Part shown: piece by piece, positions 47,672 through 57,850 of the stretch | How positions within the stretch are numbered: the first letter of the stretch is position 1 | Layout of the letters: every line of letters begins with the position of its first letter | NCBI GenBank assembly: GCA_963838735.1 | Contig: CAWISG010000004.1 | Location: forward strand, 83,928 to 147,927 | Length of the DNA stretch: 64,000 nt | Origin: an uncultured Alphaproteobacteria bacterium | Lineage (GTDB): Bacteria > Pseudomonadota > Alphaproteobacteria > Sphingomonadales > Sphingomonadaceae | Direction of reading: 5' to 3' | Notes under the pieces: generated by a model | What the model saw: only the letters and a program-made list of their open reading frames with translations | What the model was told of the DNA's origin: nothing | Databases searched by the model: none | Program-made: the position numbers and the translations under genes

Positions 47672-48835
47672 TTAACCGCCCGGCAGTTCCAGAATGCGCT
47701 TGCTGATGACGTTGAGCATGACTTCGCTGGTGCCGCCCTCGATGCTGTTGGCCTTGGTCCGCAGCCAGCCGCGCGGGGCCTTGCCGCCGCCCGTCTCCTC
47801 GCTGTTCCATTCCAGACTGCGCGAGCCCCCGGCACTCATCATCAGCTCGTGGCGGCGCTTGTTCAACTCGGTGCCGACATATTTCATCATGTTGGGTTGA
47901 GCGGGATGCGCCTTGCCGACCTTGATCTCGTCCAGAAACTTTTCGCCCATTGCGCCATAGGCAAGCGCATCGACATCGAACGCGGCGAGGTCGGCGCGCA
48001 ATATCGGATCGAGTTCTCCCGCATGGCGCAGCATCGCCGCCCCGATGGCACTGGTCCGGTCGCCACCCTCGGCTCCCGAAATCATCTCGCGTTCGTGGCC
48101 CAGCAGGTATTTCGCCACATCCCAGCCGCGATTGATCTCTCCAACGAATTGGTCTTTCGGCACTTTCACATCGTCGAAAAAGGTTTCACAGAACGGGCTG
48201 TTGCCGCTGATCAGCAGAATGGGCTTGGTGCTGACCCCTTCGCTGGCCATGTCGAACAGCATGAAGGTGATGCCCTTGTACTTGTCCGTTTTGTCGGTGC
48301 GGACCAGACAGAATATCCAGTCGGCTTCATCGGCGTAGCTGGTCCAGATCTTCTGGCCATTCACGACCCAGTGGTCGCCCGCATCCTCGCCGAAGGTCTG
48401 CATCGACACGAGGTCAGAGCCGCTGCCAGGTTCGGAATAGCCCTGGCACCAGCGGATCTCGCCGCGCGCAATTTCGCCGAGATAATGGACCTTTTGTTCT
48501 TCGGTGCCGAATTTCAGCAATGCGGGGCCAAGCATCCAGATGCCGAAGCTGCTGAGGGGCGAGCGCGCGTTGATCGCCGCCATTTCCTGCCGCAGCACCT
48601 TGGCTTCGGCGGCGGACAGGCCCGCGCCGCCATAGGCTTTCGGCCAGGCGGGAACGGTGTAGCCCTTCGCGACGCACGCCTCGAACCAGTCCTTTTGCGC
48701 GTCGCTTTTGAACGTAGCGTTGCGGCCGCCCCAATAGACGTCTTCCTCGTCACGCACCGGCTCGCGCATTTCGGGCGGACAGTTGGCTTCCAGCCAAGCG
48801 CGGGTTTCGGTGCGGAAGGTGTCGATATCGGTCAT
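47672..48835 (-). CDS. acyl-CoA dehydrogenase family protein
   Basis: Start at MTDIDTFRTETRAWLEAN. Motifs WCQGYSEPGSGSDL and IEGGTSEVMLNVI. Confidence 0.9.
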   Translation of the reverse strand: MTDIDTFRTETRAWLEANCPPEMREPVRDEEDVYWGGRNATFKSDAQKDWFEACVAKGYTVPAWPKAYGGAGLSAAEAKVLRQEMAAINARSPLSSFGIWMLGPALLKFGTEEQKVHYLGEIARGEIRWCQGYSEPGSGSDLVSMQTFGEDAGDHWVVNGQKIWTSYADEADWIFCLVRTDKTDKYKGITFMLFDMASEGVSTKPILLISGNSPFCETFFDDVKVPKDQFVGEINRGWDVAKYLLGHEREMISGAEGGDRTSAIGAAMLRHAGELDPILRADLAAFDVDALAYGAMGEKFLDEIKVGKAHPAQPNMMKYVGTELNKRRHELMMSAGGSRSLEWNSEETGGGKAPRGWLRTKANSIEGGTSEVMLNVISKRILELPGG

Positions 48836-49012
48836 CGCTGCGCTCTCCTGAATGTGTTCCTTTCCGCCGAATGTGCGGCAGGCGGGCGCTTGACGCAAGC
48901 GTAAAGCAAACGGGCCGTGGCACACCGGCAATGCCGTAGCGGCATCGCGTTTGCGTTTGACGCAGGGCACGCCTCGGCTACGCTGCATCACCTTACGCGA
49001 GGGGAGAATTGC

Positions 49013-50457
49013 ATGGCCTTCACAACCGGAAAGCTGCCGCTGGGTCTTGCGCTGGCACATGGTTCGGGTGCTGTTGCATTCGGTATCAAGGACAGCGGGT
49101 TCTCATTCTTCCTGCTGCCATTCTACAACCTCGTCCTTGGCGTCGATGCCGCCGTCGTCGGCGCAGCACTTGCAACAGCTCTTGTTGTCGATGCACTTGA
49201 TCGATCCGCTACTGGGACATCTTGTCGGACCGCACCTACACCCGCTGGGGCAAGCGCTTGCCGTGGTTCTATGTCTGCGCCGATCCCGCTCGCGTTCTGT
49301 GGACGCTGCTGTGGTCGCCGCCATTCACCGGCACTCCCGGCTTCTGGGACATCTTGGCGATTGCGGTGGGGGTGCGGTTCTTGCTGTCGGCCTGCGAGGT
49401 GCCGTCGGTCAGGGCTGGTGCCGGAAATTACCGACGATTACGACGAGCGCACCACGCTCTTCCGGTTCCGCTTTCTGTCGGTTGGCTCGGCGGACTGCCG
49501 ATGATGGTGCTTGCGTTCAGCGTCTTCCTGCCCGACACCGGAGGCGCAATTGCAGCCCGATGGCTATGCTGCAGTACGGCCTGTTGCGGCGCTATCTTGA
49601 TCGCGATATCGGTGATGGGATCGGCCGCATGCAGCATCGGGTCGTCGCGCATCGCCCACCCAAACGCCCGCCGCCATTCTCGCTCGACAGGCGCGTTTGC
49701 CGAGATATTCGATGCGTTTCGCGGAACGGGCCTTCGTCATCTTCGCGCTGGGAGCCTTGCCGCCTATGTCGGTCAGGGGATGACCTTTTCGATCACCCAA
49801 TATGTGAACCTGTATGTCTGGCAGTTCGACCGAGACGGCTTTCCAGTTCTATCCCGCCATGCTGTTCTCATCGGTGGTGGCCGATGTTCGTGCTGGTCGC
49901 GCCGCTGCACACCATTGGGGAAAGCCCGGTACCGCTTGGCGCACGGCGCTTGCGGCGCAGCGTTCTATTTCATCCCATATGTGCTCTACTTGGCCGATGT
50001 GTGGCCCATCCCCGGCACGTTCGCCAGCACAGCGGCAATTTATGTTTCCTACTATCTTGCCAATACAAGCCAGCGTCATCGCGCTGATTTCAGCGCAACG
50101 TCGATGGTTGCCGAAATCGTCGAGGCGTTCGAAGAGCGAACCGACAAGCGCGCGGAGGGAACGTTCTTTTCGGGCAACTGGTTGGTGCAGAAATGCGCGA
50201 CTGGCGGCGGTATCCTGCTTACCAGTTTCATCGTCGGTCAGGCGGGAATTGCGCCCGGAACACGACGCAGCCGTCGGAGACGATGCCGTGCGGACCATCG
50301 TGCTGCTGTATCTGGTCTTCGCCGTCGTCCTGGCGGGCATTGCAGCATTCTGGCTGGCCGGTTTCCCATCACACGCGAACAGCACGAAGCGCGGCTGGCA
50401 CGACGTGGTTCGGCCGCCGGTGTTCCGCCGATCGAGAAACCAGAACCCTTGGCGTGA
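49013..50457 (+). pseudogene. MFS (glycoside-pentoside-hexuronide-like) transporter, decayed by multiple frameshifts
   Basis: Transporter-like segments hop among all three plus frames. MAFTTGKLPLGLALAHG...FYNLVLGVDAAVVGAALATALVVDAL is in the 48917 frame. SDRTYTRWGKRLPWFYV...FWDILAIAVGVRFLLSACEVPS is in the 49222 frame. LVPEITDDYDERTTLFRFRFLSVG returns to the 48917 frame. AAYVGQGMTFSITQYVNLYVWQFD is in the 49222 frame and TAFQFYPAMLFSSVV in the 49814 frame. ...IVLLYLVFAVVLAGIAAFWLAGFP is in the 49814 frame and ITREQHEARLA in the 49222 frame. Confidence 0.7.
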
Positions 50458-50514
50458 GCGCCCAAGCGTGCGACGATGGTTTCAACACATTTATTCTGAA
50501 GAGGAAGAGGCACC

Positions 50515-51840
50515 ATGAATTTCGAACCCACCGACCGGCAGACCCATTGGCGCGACCGCGTGCGCGATTTTATCGAAGCGAATGTCCGTCCCAATCTCGA
50601 CACCTACGCAAAACAGGACGCCGAAGGCGAACGCTGGAAGGTGTTGCAGGTGATCGAGGACCAGAAAGCCAAGGCCAGGGACGCCGGTATCTGGAACCTG
50701 TTCATGCCGCCGCGCGGGCAACTGAGCCATGTCGACGACACGTATGAGTTCGAAGGACCGGGCCTGACCAATTTGGAATACGCGCTGTGCGCCGAGGAAA
50801 TGGGCCGTATCGGCTGGGCCAGCGAAGTGTTCAACTGCTCCGCCCCTGATACCGGCAATATGGAAGTGTTCCACCGTTATGGCACGCGCGCGCAAAAGGA
50901 CGAATGGCTGACGCCGCTGATGAACGGCGAGATCCGCAGCGCCTTCCTGATGACCGAACCTTTCGTCGCCAGTTCCGACGCGACGAATATCGAAACCCGG
51001 ATCGAGCGCGATGGCGACGAATACGTCATCAACGGCCGCAAATGGTGGTCCAGCGGCTTGGGCGATCCGCGCTGCAAGGTCGCCATCGTGATGGGCAAGA
51101 CCGATCTGGAAGCCAACCGGCACCAGCAGCAATCGATGATCCTGATGCCGATCGAGGCGAAGGGCGTAAACATCATCCGGCACCTGCCCGTATTCGGTTA
51201 CGACGATGCACCGCACGGCCATATGGAAGTCGAGATGACCGACGTGCGGGTGCCTGCCACCAATCTGCTGCTGGGCGAAGGGCGCGGGTTCGAAATTGCG
51301 CAGGGCCGCCTCGGGCCGGGCCGCATCCATCACTGCATGCGTACCATTGGCGTTGCCGAGGAGGCGCTGGCGAAAATGTGCAGCCGCCTGCAATCGCGCG
51401 AGGCGTTCGGCAAACCGATCTACAAGCATTCGGTCTGGGAAGAACGCGTCGCGCGCGCCCGGATCGATATCGACATGACGCGCCTTCTGTGCCTGAAAGC
51501 CGCCGACATGATGGACAAGGTCGGCAACAAATCCGCCAAGCAGGAAATCGCCATGATCAAGGTGCAGGCGCCCAACATGGCGTTGAGCATTATCGATGAC
51601 GCAATCCAGGCACATGGCGGCGGCGGCGTGTCCAACGATTACGGTCTGGCGCAGGCTTACGCCCACCAGCGCACGCTGCGGCTGGCGGACGGCCCGGACG
51701 AGGTGCATGCCCGCTCCATCGCCCGAATCGAGTTTGCCCGCCATGCGCCCATACCGGACGACACGAAAAGTGCGATGGGCGAAGGCATGGCGGCGGGCTC
51801 GGGCGCGGGCGGTGCCGCCGCGAGCGCCGGTGCTGCGTAG
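50515..51840 (+). CDS. acyl-CoA dehydrogenase, ACAD10/11-type
   Basis: 441 aa: [70 protein letters not shown]. Confidence 0.9.
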   Translation: MNFEPTDRQTHWRDRVRDFIEANVRPNLDTYAKQDAEGERWKVLQVIEDQKAKARDAGIWNLFMPPRGQLSHVDDTYEFEGPGLTNLEYALCAEEMGRIGWASEVFNCSAPDTGNMEVFHRYGTRAQKDEWLTPLMNGEIRSAFLMTEPFVASSDATNIETRIERDGDEYVINGRKWWSSGLGDPRCKVAIVMGKTDLEANRHQQQSMILMPIEAKGVNIIRHLPVFGYDDAPHGHMEVEMTDVRVPATNLLLGEGRGFEIAQGRLGPGRIHHCMRTIGVAEEALAKMCSRLQSREAFGKPIYKHSVWEERVARARIDIDMTRLLCLKAADMMDKVGNKSAKQEIAMIKVQAPNMALSIIDDAIQAHGGGGVSNDYGLAQAYAHQRTLRLADGPDEVHARSIARIEFARHAPIPDDTKSAMGEGMAAGSGAGGAAASAGAA

Positions 51841-51852
51841 GCTGGCGCGACC

Positions 51853-52938
51853 ATGACGAGAGCCGCCGTTCTGGAAACGCCGGGCGAACCGCTGGTTATC
51901 GCGGATATCACATTGGCCGACCCGATGCCGCACGAGGTGCTGATCGACACGCGCGCGTGCGGGCTGTGCCATTCGGACCTGCACTTCATCGATGGTGCCT
52001 ATCCTCACGCCCTGCCCCTGGTGCCGGGTCACGAAGCGGCGGGCGTGGTGCGCGCCGTGGGCGGCGAAGTGCGTTCGGTGAAACCCGGCGATCACGTCGT
52101 CACCTGCCTCTCCGCCTTTTGCGGCCAGTGCGAATTCTGCGTCACCGGGCACATGGCGCTTTGCCTCGGCGGCGCAACCCGCAGGCCGAAGGACGCCTCG
52201 CCCCGCCTGTCCCGTGACGGACAGGCGATACAGCAACTGCTCAACCTGTCGGCGCTATCCGAACAGATGCTTATCCACGAAAACGCCTGCGTTGCCATCG
52301 ACAAGGACATGCCGCTGGACCGCGCCGCGATCTTGGGTTGCGCGGTGACTACGGGTGCAGGCGCGGTGTTCAACGCCGCAAAGATTGTGCCGGGCGAAAC
52401 CGTGGCGGTAGTCGGCTGCGGCGGGGTCGGGCTGGCAACGGTCAATGCGGCGAGGATAGCGGGTGCGGGCAAAGTCATTGCGCTCGATCCCCTGCCGGAA
52501 AAACGCGTGCTGGCCGAAACGCTTGGCGCGACGCACAGCTTCGATCCGGCGGCGGAGGGCGTGACAAAAGAGATTGTCGGATTGACCGGGGGCGGTGTGC
52601 ATTACGCCATAGAGGCGGTCGGGCGGCAAGCCAGCGCGGATATAGCGGTAAAGCTGCTGCGGCGCGGCGGCACGGCTATTGTGCTGGGCATGATGCCGTT
52701 GGACTGCAAGGTGGGGCTTGGGGCGATGGACTTGCTCGGCGGCAAGAAACTGCAAGGCGCGATTATGGGCTTCAACCACTTCCCGGTCGACTTGCCGCGC
52801 CTCGTCGATTTCTACCTGCGCGGCTTGCTCGATCTCGATACGATCATTGCCGAACGCATCGGGCTGGACGAGGTCAATTCCGGATTCGACAAGCTGCGCG
52901 AAGGACACGCTGCGCGCAGTGTGGTGATGTTCGACTGA
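51853..52938 (+). CDS. zinc-dependent alcohol dehydrogenase
   Basis: ACGLCHSDLH and PLVPGHEAAGVV zinc-ligand motifs, plus GCGGVGLA Rossmann motif. Confidence 0.9.
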   Translation: MTRAAVLETPGEPLVIADITLADPMPHEVLIDTRACGLCHSDLHFIDGAYPHALPLVPGHEAAGVVRAVGGEVRSVKPGDHVVTCLSAFCGQCEFCVTGHMALCLGGATRRPKDASPRLSRDGQAIQQLLNLSALSEQMLIHENACVAIDKDMPLDRAAILGCAVTTGAGAVFNAAKIVPGETVAVVGCGGVGLATVNAARIAGAGKVIALDPLPEKRVLAETLGATHSFDPAAEGVTKEIVGLTGGGVHYAIEAVGRQASADIAVKLLRRGGTAIVLGMMPLDCKVGLGAMDLLGGKKLQGAIMGFNHFPVDLPRLVDFYLRGLLDLDTIIAERIGLDEVNSGFDKLREGHAARSVVMFD

Positions 52939-54020
52939 TGCCGGGAGAAGACGCAATCGATTACCAGGCGGAAATGGTCGGCACCATCGCGGTGCCCAAG
53001 AGGGACAGGCTGGACGAAGCGGTCCTGACCGAATGGTTCTCGGCCAATGTGGACGGATTTGGCGGGCCCTTGTCGATGACCAAGTTCAAGGGCGGCCAGT
53101 CCAATCCCACCTATCGTATCGATACTCCCGAACGTCGCTATGTCCTGCGCCGCCAGCCGTTCGGAAAGCTGCTGCCTTCCGCCCATGCGGTGGACCGCGA
53201 GTATCGCGCAATGGCGGGCCTGCACCCCACCGGCTATCCTGTGCCGCAACCCTTCGCCCTGTGCGAGGATGCGAACGTCATCGGGTCCAAATTTTTCGTG
53301 ATGAGCATGGCGGACGGGCGCAACCTGTGGGACGGCGCGCTGCCCGACAGCACGCCGGACCAACGCCGCGCCATCTACCATGCCATGATCGACACGATGG
53401 CAGACCTGCACCTGAAGGATCCTGCGGCCATTGGCTTGGGCGATTTCGGCAAGCCGCAGGATTATTGCGCGCGGCAGATCGCCCGCTGGTCCAAGCAGTA
53501 CAAGCTGTCCGAAACCGAAACCATGCCGCACATGGACCGGTTGATCGAATGGCTGCCGAAAACGATCCCGCCGCAGCAGGCCTCAAGCGTGGTGCACGGC
53601 GACTACCGGCTCGACAATCTGATTTTCGCCGCCGACGTGCCCGAAGTCATCGCCGTGCTGGACTGGGAGCTTTCGACGCTGGGCGATCCGGTGGCGGATT
53701 TCTCCTATCTCATGCTCAACTGGTTCCAGCCGGCCGATGGCCGTGCCGGTCTGGAGGGGCTGGACCTAACGGCACTGGGCATCCCGACGGTTGCCGAAGC
53801 GGTGGACCGCTATGTTGCCAAGACCGGTTACGATGTGCCGCCGATGGACTGGTATTTCGCCTACAACCTGTTCCGGCTGGCCGGCATCATGCAAGGCATC
53901 AAGAAACGCGTCATCGACGGTACGGCGTCCTCCGCCCATGCCAAGACAATGTCAGAACGCGTCGCCCCGCTCGTGGCACGCGCGCACCAGTTCGCGATCG
54001 CAGCGGGAATGCCCGACTAA
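52938..54020 (+). CDS. phosphotransferase family protein (APH/ACAD10-11 kinase-like)
   Basis: KFKGGQSNPTYRI, VVHGDYRLDNLIF, LDWELSTLGDP. The ATG overlaps the ADH stop (TGATG). Confidence 0.9.
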   Translation: MPGEDAIDYQAEMVGTIAVPKRDRLDEAVLTEWFSANVDGFGGPLSMTKFKGGQSNPTYRIDTPERRYVLRRQPFGKLLPSAHAVDREYRAMAGLHPTGYPVPQPFALCEDANVIGSKFFVMSMADGRNLWDGALPDSTPDQRRAIYHAMIDTMADLHLKDPAAIGLGDFGKPQDYCARQIARWSKQYKLSETETMPHMDRLIEWLPKTIPPQQASSVVHGDYRLDNLIFAADVPEVIAVLDWELSTLGDPVADFSYLMLNWFQPADGRAGLEGLDLTALGIPTVAEAVDRYVAKTGYDVPPMDWYFAYNLFRLAGIMQGIKKRVIDGTASSAHAKTMSERVAPLVARAHQFAIAAGMPD

Positions 54021-54029
54021 CCTCTCGCC

Positions 54030-56444
54030 CTAGAATGCGCGCGACCAGCGCAACGCCAAACCCATGTCATCCTGCGCAGTGCTGTAATGCCCCGGTTCGC
54101 GCCGGAGATAGGCACTGGCCTGCGCATCGCCGCCCACAACAGTGCCGCGCCAAGTCACTTCGCCCATAATTTCGCGTCCGTCCGGCGAAAGCGGCAGCGC
54201 ACGGGTGCCGTATACTGCACTCTCCGTTGCATAGTCATAGGCAATGGGGAGATCGAACAGCAGGCCGCCACTTTCGACGCGCAAGGGCTGCGACATTCGA
54301 AACCCGATACTGTCCGCTTGCTGAAATACGCCAGCGCGATCGACATCGAAAGACCACGCCGCCGTATCGAACGATGACCCCGCCCCGACCAAGCCGGTTT
54401 GCGCCGCGACGGTCCGGCCATACCGCATTGCCCCGCCTATCCGCCATCGCGCGAACATCTTCGCGGACCATTGCGCATCGACGAATATCGACCGCGCACC
54501 GCGCGCGCCGAACCCTGTATCGAAAGCAGCGCCAAGGATTGTGCGCTTTTCATCGAGCAGGGTCAGTCCGGCCGAAGCATCCAGACCACCGAACCTGCGA
54601 TCTGCTGTCAGCGAAAACGTCTGCACGGCCAGCCCGTCGCGCGTAGTGTCGATTACGAGATCGGTGCCCGTCCGGAATTGCTGCACCAGCGCGTTTCCAG
54701 TGCTCGCGCTGGCGGTCAGGCCCCATGCGCCCAGCCTGTGACGCACCGCGATGGCGGCATCGCTGCGGCTCGTCATGCCCATGTCGCCGCTGGCATCCGA
54801 CGCGACCATGAACGCAGGTTGCGATCGGCCCTGCAGCTGCGCGGACAGACTGTCTCCGGATGTAGCGAAGCCCAGCGCCAGCTGCGTATCCGACGAGAAC
54901 CGCGCGGCAACCCGTCCCGCCAGAACGCGCGCCTGTTCCACGTTATCCGGTGACAGGCTTAACGGCGCCATTTCACGCGATCCGGATGCGTCGATAGTGA
55001 AGGCAAGCGCAACGCCCGGACCGCCCGCCGATACCTGCCGCGTCCCGGACGAGACCGCACCGTGCAGCCGCTGGCGAACCGCGCCGCTTCGCAACCGCGA
55101 ACCAAGATCAAAATTGTAGGCCCGACCGTATTTGTCGGTAATAACGGTGTCCAACGGCACATGGGTGAGGGCCCCGCCCATAGACGCGGACCCTGTGCCG
55201 CCAACCCCCGTTAGCGCCACGGCGACCGTGCTGCCCGCCAATGTCGTGGCGCCCGCCGGTTGCAGCGCGCGAGCGATATCCAGAATACCCCGTCCATAAA
55301 TCGCGTCGGCCCCTGCCTCGCCAGCATCGCGTGCGCTGTCGAGCAGGATTTCTACAATTTGCTCGCCCGTCAGGTTCGGGAATGCCTGCGCCAGCAAGGC
55401 CACCGCACCTGTTACCTGCGGCGCGGAGAAACTGGTGCCGGAAAACAGGGTGACGAAACGACCGCCATCGTCGCGCGTAGTGATGCGCACCTCCCCGTCT
55501 TCGTAGGTGCAGCAGATACGCTCGCCGCGGGCTGTGAGATAGCTGGCCGAGAGACTGCCCGCGCGGTTGCTGAATCCGGAAATAATGCCATCGTCGTCGA
55601 CCGACCCGACGATGATGACGCTGTCGCCGCCCGCCTGCAACACGTCAGCGGCAAACTGGTCGGGCTGGTTGGGGTCGATATCGGGGTCGTCATCTACATC
55701 TCCGTCGTTTCCGGCAGACACGATGATAACCAGGCCCGCTTCACGAGCCTGTTCGATGGCACTGATCGTGGAGCGGCTTGCCTCGCCGCCGCCAAGGCTC
55801 AGATTGACGACGCGGGCGCCGCTGCTGACGGCCTGATCAATCCCTTCTGCAATGGCGCGGCCCGAAAAGAGACATCCATCGAGCGTTGCATCGGTTTCCG
55901 TCGCACACGTGCCGGGCCGGTCGGCGCGCAAAGCGAGGATGGTCGCATCATACGCGATGCCGACCACGCCGGTATTGTCGCGCGCAGCCGCCGCGATCAA
56001 CGCGACATTGGTGCCGTGGTCATCCTCCGCCTCGACCGTGCCGTTGCCGGCCACGTCGCGGGAATCGGGATGGAGTTGTCCGGCAAACTCGGGGCTGTCG
56101 CTGTCGATGCCGGTATCGATTATGGCGATGGTCGCGCCCGCACCCGTGATGCCAGAACGCCATGCCGTCACGGCATTGTGAAAATCGGGACCGTCCGAAC
56201 GCCGGAATTCCGACGTATTGAAATTGGTGCCCCCGGATGTGGGCGTTGGAGTTGGAGTAGGCAACGGAGTTGGTGTTGGACTTGGCGTGGGCGCAGGGGC
56301 TGGCGCAGGCAGGCTAACCGGTGGCGGACGTGTTGCTCCACCCCCGCCGCCACAGGCAGACAGCATCGCCAGTGCAGCCAGGCTCGCCCCTGTCGCCAGA
56401 ACATGCGCAGACCGGTGCGACCCTTTACGCTTCGTCAAAACCAT
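54030..56444 (-). CDS. S8 (subtilisin) peptidase with autotransporter-type C-terminal beta-barrel
   Basis: Catalytic triad contexts IAIIDTGID, DDHGTNVA, GTSFSAPQVTGA. Lipobox-like AMLSAC, Pro/Thr linker, and a C-terminal 280 or so aa ending ..LALRWSRAF. Confidence 0.85.
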   Translation of the reverse strand: MVLTKRKGSHRSAHVLATGASLAALAMLSACGGGGGATRPPPVSLPAPAPAPTPSPTPTPLPTPTPTPTSGGTNFNTSEFRRSDGPDFHNAVTAWRSGITGAGATIAIIDTGIDSDSPEFAGQLHPDSRDVAGNGTVEAEDDHGTNVALIAAAARDNTGVVGIAYDATILALRADRPGTCATETDATLDGCLFSGRAIAEGIDQAVSSGARVVNLSLGGGEASRSTISAIEQAREAGLVIIVSAGNDGDVDDDPDIDPNQPDQFAADVLQAGGDSVIIVGSVDDDGIISGFSNRAGSLSASYLTARGERICCTYEDGEVRITTRDDGGRFVTLFSGTSFSAPQVTGAVALLAQAFPNLTGEQIVEILLDSARDAGEAGADAIYGRGILDIARALQPAGATTLAGSTVAVALTGVGGTGSASMGGALTHVPLDTVITDKYGRAYNFDLGSRLRSGAVRQRLHGAVSSGTRQVSAGGPGVALAFTIDASGSREMAPLSLSPDNVEQARVLAGRVAARFSSDTQLALGFATSGDSLSAQLQGRSQPAFMVASDASGDMGMTSRSDAAIAVRHRLGAWGLTASASTGNALVQQFRTGTDLVIDTTRDGLAVQTFSLTADRRFGGLDASAGLTLLDEKRTILGAAFDTGFGARGARSIFVDAQWSAKMFARWRIGGAMRYGRTVAAQTGLVGAGSSFDTAAWSFDVDRAGVFQQADSIGFRMSQPLRVESGGLLFDLPIAYDYATESAVYGTRALPLSPDGREIMGEVTWRGTVVGGDAQASAYLRREPGHYSTAQDDMGLALRWSRAF

Positions 56445-56600
56445 GTTTCCTTCTTTTTCCAGGATCTTGTACCATCGTGCTTAACGTTTTGCTGAACGCG
56501 ATCTTCACGCCTTTTGCTGCGGCTTGGTTGTCCGCCTCCCCTGCCTTGGCTAGCACGGTGCAGTAACGACCTGCCTCTTTGAATGGAGCTTTGTCCACCC

Positions 56601-57452
56601 ATGACTGCCCAAACCCACGCCGATCTTGCCGCCGCCATCGAACAGGCATGGGACCGGCGCGCCGATATTACCCCTGCCAGCAGTGAGTGCCGTGAACCGG
56701 TACGGGCCGCATTGGACTTGCTGGACACCGGCGAGGCGCGGGTCGCGCAGCCGGACGGCAAGGGCGGGTGGCGGGTTAATCAATGGCTTAAGAAAGCCGT
56801 ATTGCTGTCCTTCCGCATTAACGACAATACGAAGGTCGAGAACGGGTCTGCTGGAACGCCCGGCTTCGACAAGGTGCCCAGCAAGTTCGCCGGATGGGAC
56901 ACAGACCGCTTTGCCACTGCGGGTTTCCGTGTCGTGCCCGGCGCAATCGCCCGTCGCGGCAGCCATATCGCACCGGGCGTTGTGCTTATGCCAAGCTTCG
57001 TGAATATCGGCGCCTATATCGGTACGGGCACGATGGTCGATACTTGGGCTACCGTCGGCAGTTGCGCGCAAATCGGCGAGAATGTCCATATTTCCGGCGG
57101 CGCAGGCATTGGCGGTGTGCTGGAGCCGTTGCAGGCGGAACCCGTCATTATCGGCGACAAAGCGTTTATCGGCGCACGGTCCGAAGTGGCTGAGGGAGTG
57201 CGGGTCGGCGAAGGTGCGGTGCTGTCGATGGGCGTTTATTTGGGCGCCTCGACCAAGATAGTGGACCGCGCGACCGGTGAGGTGCATCGTGGCAGCGTAC
57301 CACCATACTCCGTTGTGGTTCCTGGCACCTTGCCCGGAGTGCCATTGCCCGACGGCACACCAGGCCCGTCGCTCTATTGCGCCGTGATCGTCAAGACGGT
57401 CGATGCGCAGACGCGCTCGAAGACCGGTATTAACGAATTGCTGCGCGACTGA
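56601..57452 (+). CDS. dapD: 2,3,4,5-tetrahydropyridine-2,6-dicarboxylate N-succinyltransferase
   Basis: Hexapeptide-repeat region [34 protein letters not shown] and the typical N-terminus [12 protein letters not shown]. Confidence 0.95.
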   Translation: MTAQTHADLAAAIEQAWDRRADITPASSECREPVRAALDLLDTGEARVAQPDGKGGWRVNQWLKKAVLLSFRINDNTKVENGSAGTPGFDKVPSKFAGWDTDRFATAGFRVVPGAIARRGSHIAPGVVLMPSFVNIGAYIGTGTMVDTWATVGSCAQIGENVHISGGAGIGGVLEPLQAEPVIIGDKAFIGARSEVAEGVRVGEGAVLSMGVYLGASTKIVDRATGEVHRGSVPPYSVVVPGTLPGVPLPDGTPGPSLYCAVIVKTVDAQTRSKTGINELLRD

Positions 57453-57458
57453 CTGGGC

Positions 57459-57483
57459 GGAACCGCCGCACGACGCTAACGTT
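57459..57483 (+). promoter_or_regulatory. EcfG-type (general stress response sigma factor) promoter motif GGAAC-N16-CGTT
   Basis: GGAAC at 57459-57463, an exact 16-nt spacer, and CGTT at 57480-57483. This is 32 nt upstream of ATG 57515 in a 62-nt intergenic gap. Confidence 0.55.
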
Positions 57484-57514
57484 GATTACATAGCAAATTA
57501 CACAGGATCGAACC

Positions 57515-57820
57515 ATGCATACCGAAGGCAACGAAGTTCACGCCAGCGAAACCGAAGCCAGCGGCGGTCAGAAAACCGGCCATGTTCGCTGGATCCTGGG
57601 TATCGGCACATTGCTAGCAATCGTCGGACTGTCCGCAATCTGGATATTTGGCGCGGCTTCACAGGGCGACGTCGAAGGACAAGCCACGGTCAGCGGCAAG
57701 ATCAGCGCGCAGGAAGCGGGTGACGATACCGACGGCATCCGCATCGACAACGTCGATGAGGACGTGGACGCGCCTGAAACCGAGCAGGAACGCGATGCCG
57801 TCCCAACCATCGAGAACTAA
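57515..57820 (+). CDS. small acidic membrane-anchored protein (101 aa), hypothetical
   Basis: One TM helix (WILGIGTLLAIVGLSAIWIFGA) followed by an Asp/Glu-rich tail. Confidence 0.6.
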   Translation: MHTEGNEVHASETEASGGQKTGHVRWILGIGTLLAIVGLSAIWIFGAASQGDVEGQATVSGKISAQEAGDDTDGIRIDNVDEDVDAPETEQERDAVPTIEN

Positions 57821-57850
57821 ACGTTAATTCTCAAACGGAAGGGCAATATC

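Noticed and set aside
50491-52236. 581-aa minus-strand ORF across the ACAD and ADH genes.
   Set aside because: It is antisense to genes with clear ACAD and zinc-ADH motifs, and its composition is not protein-like.
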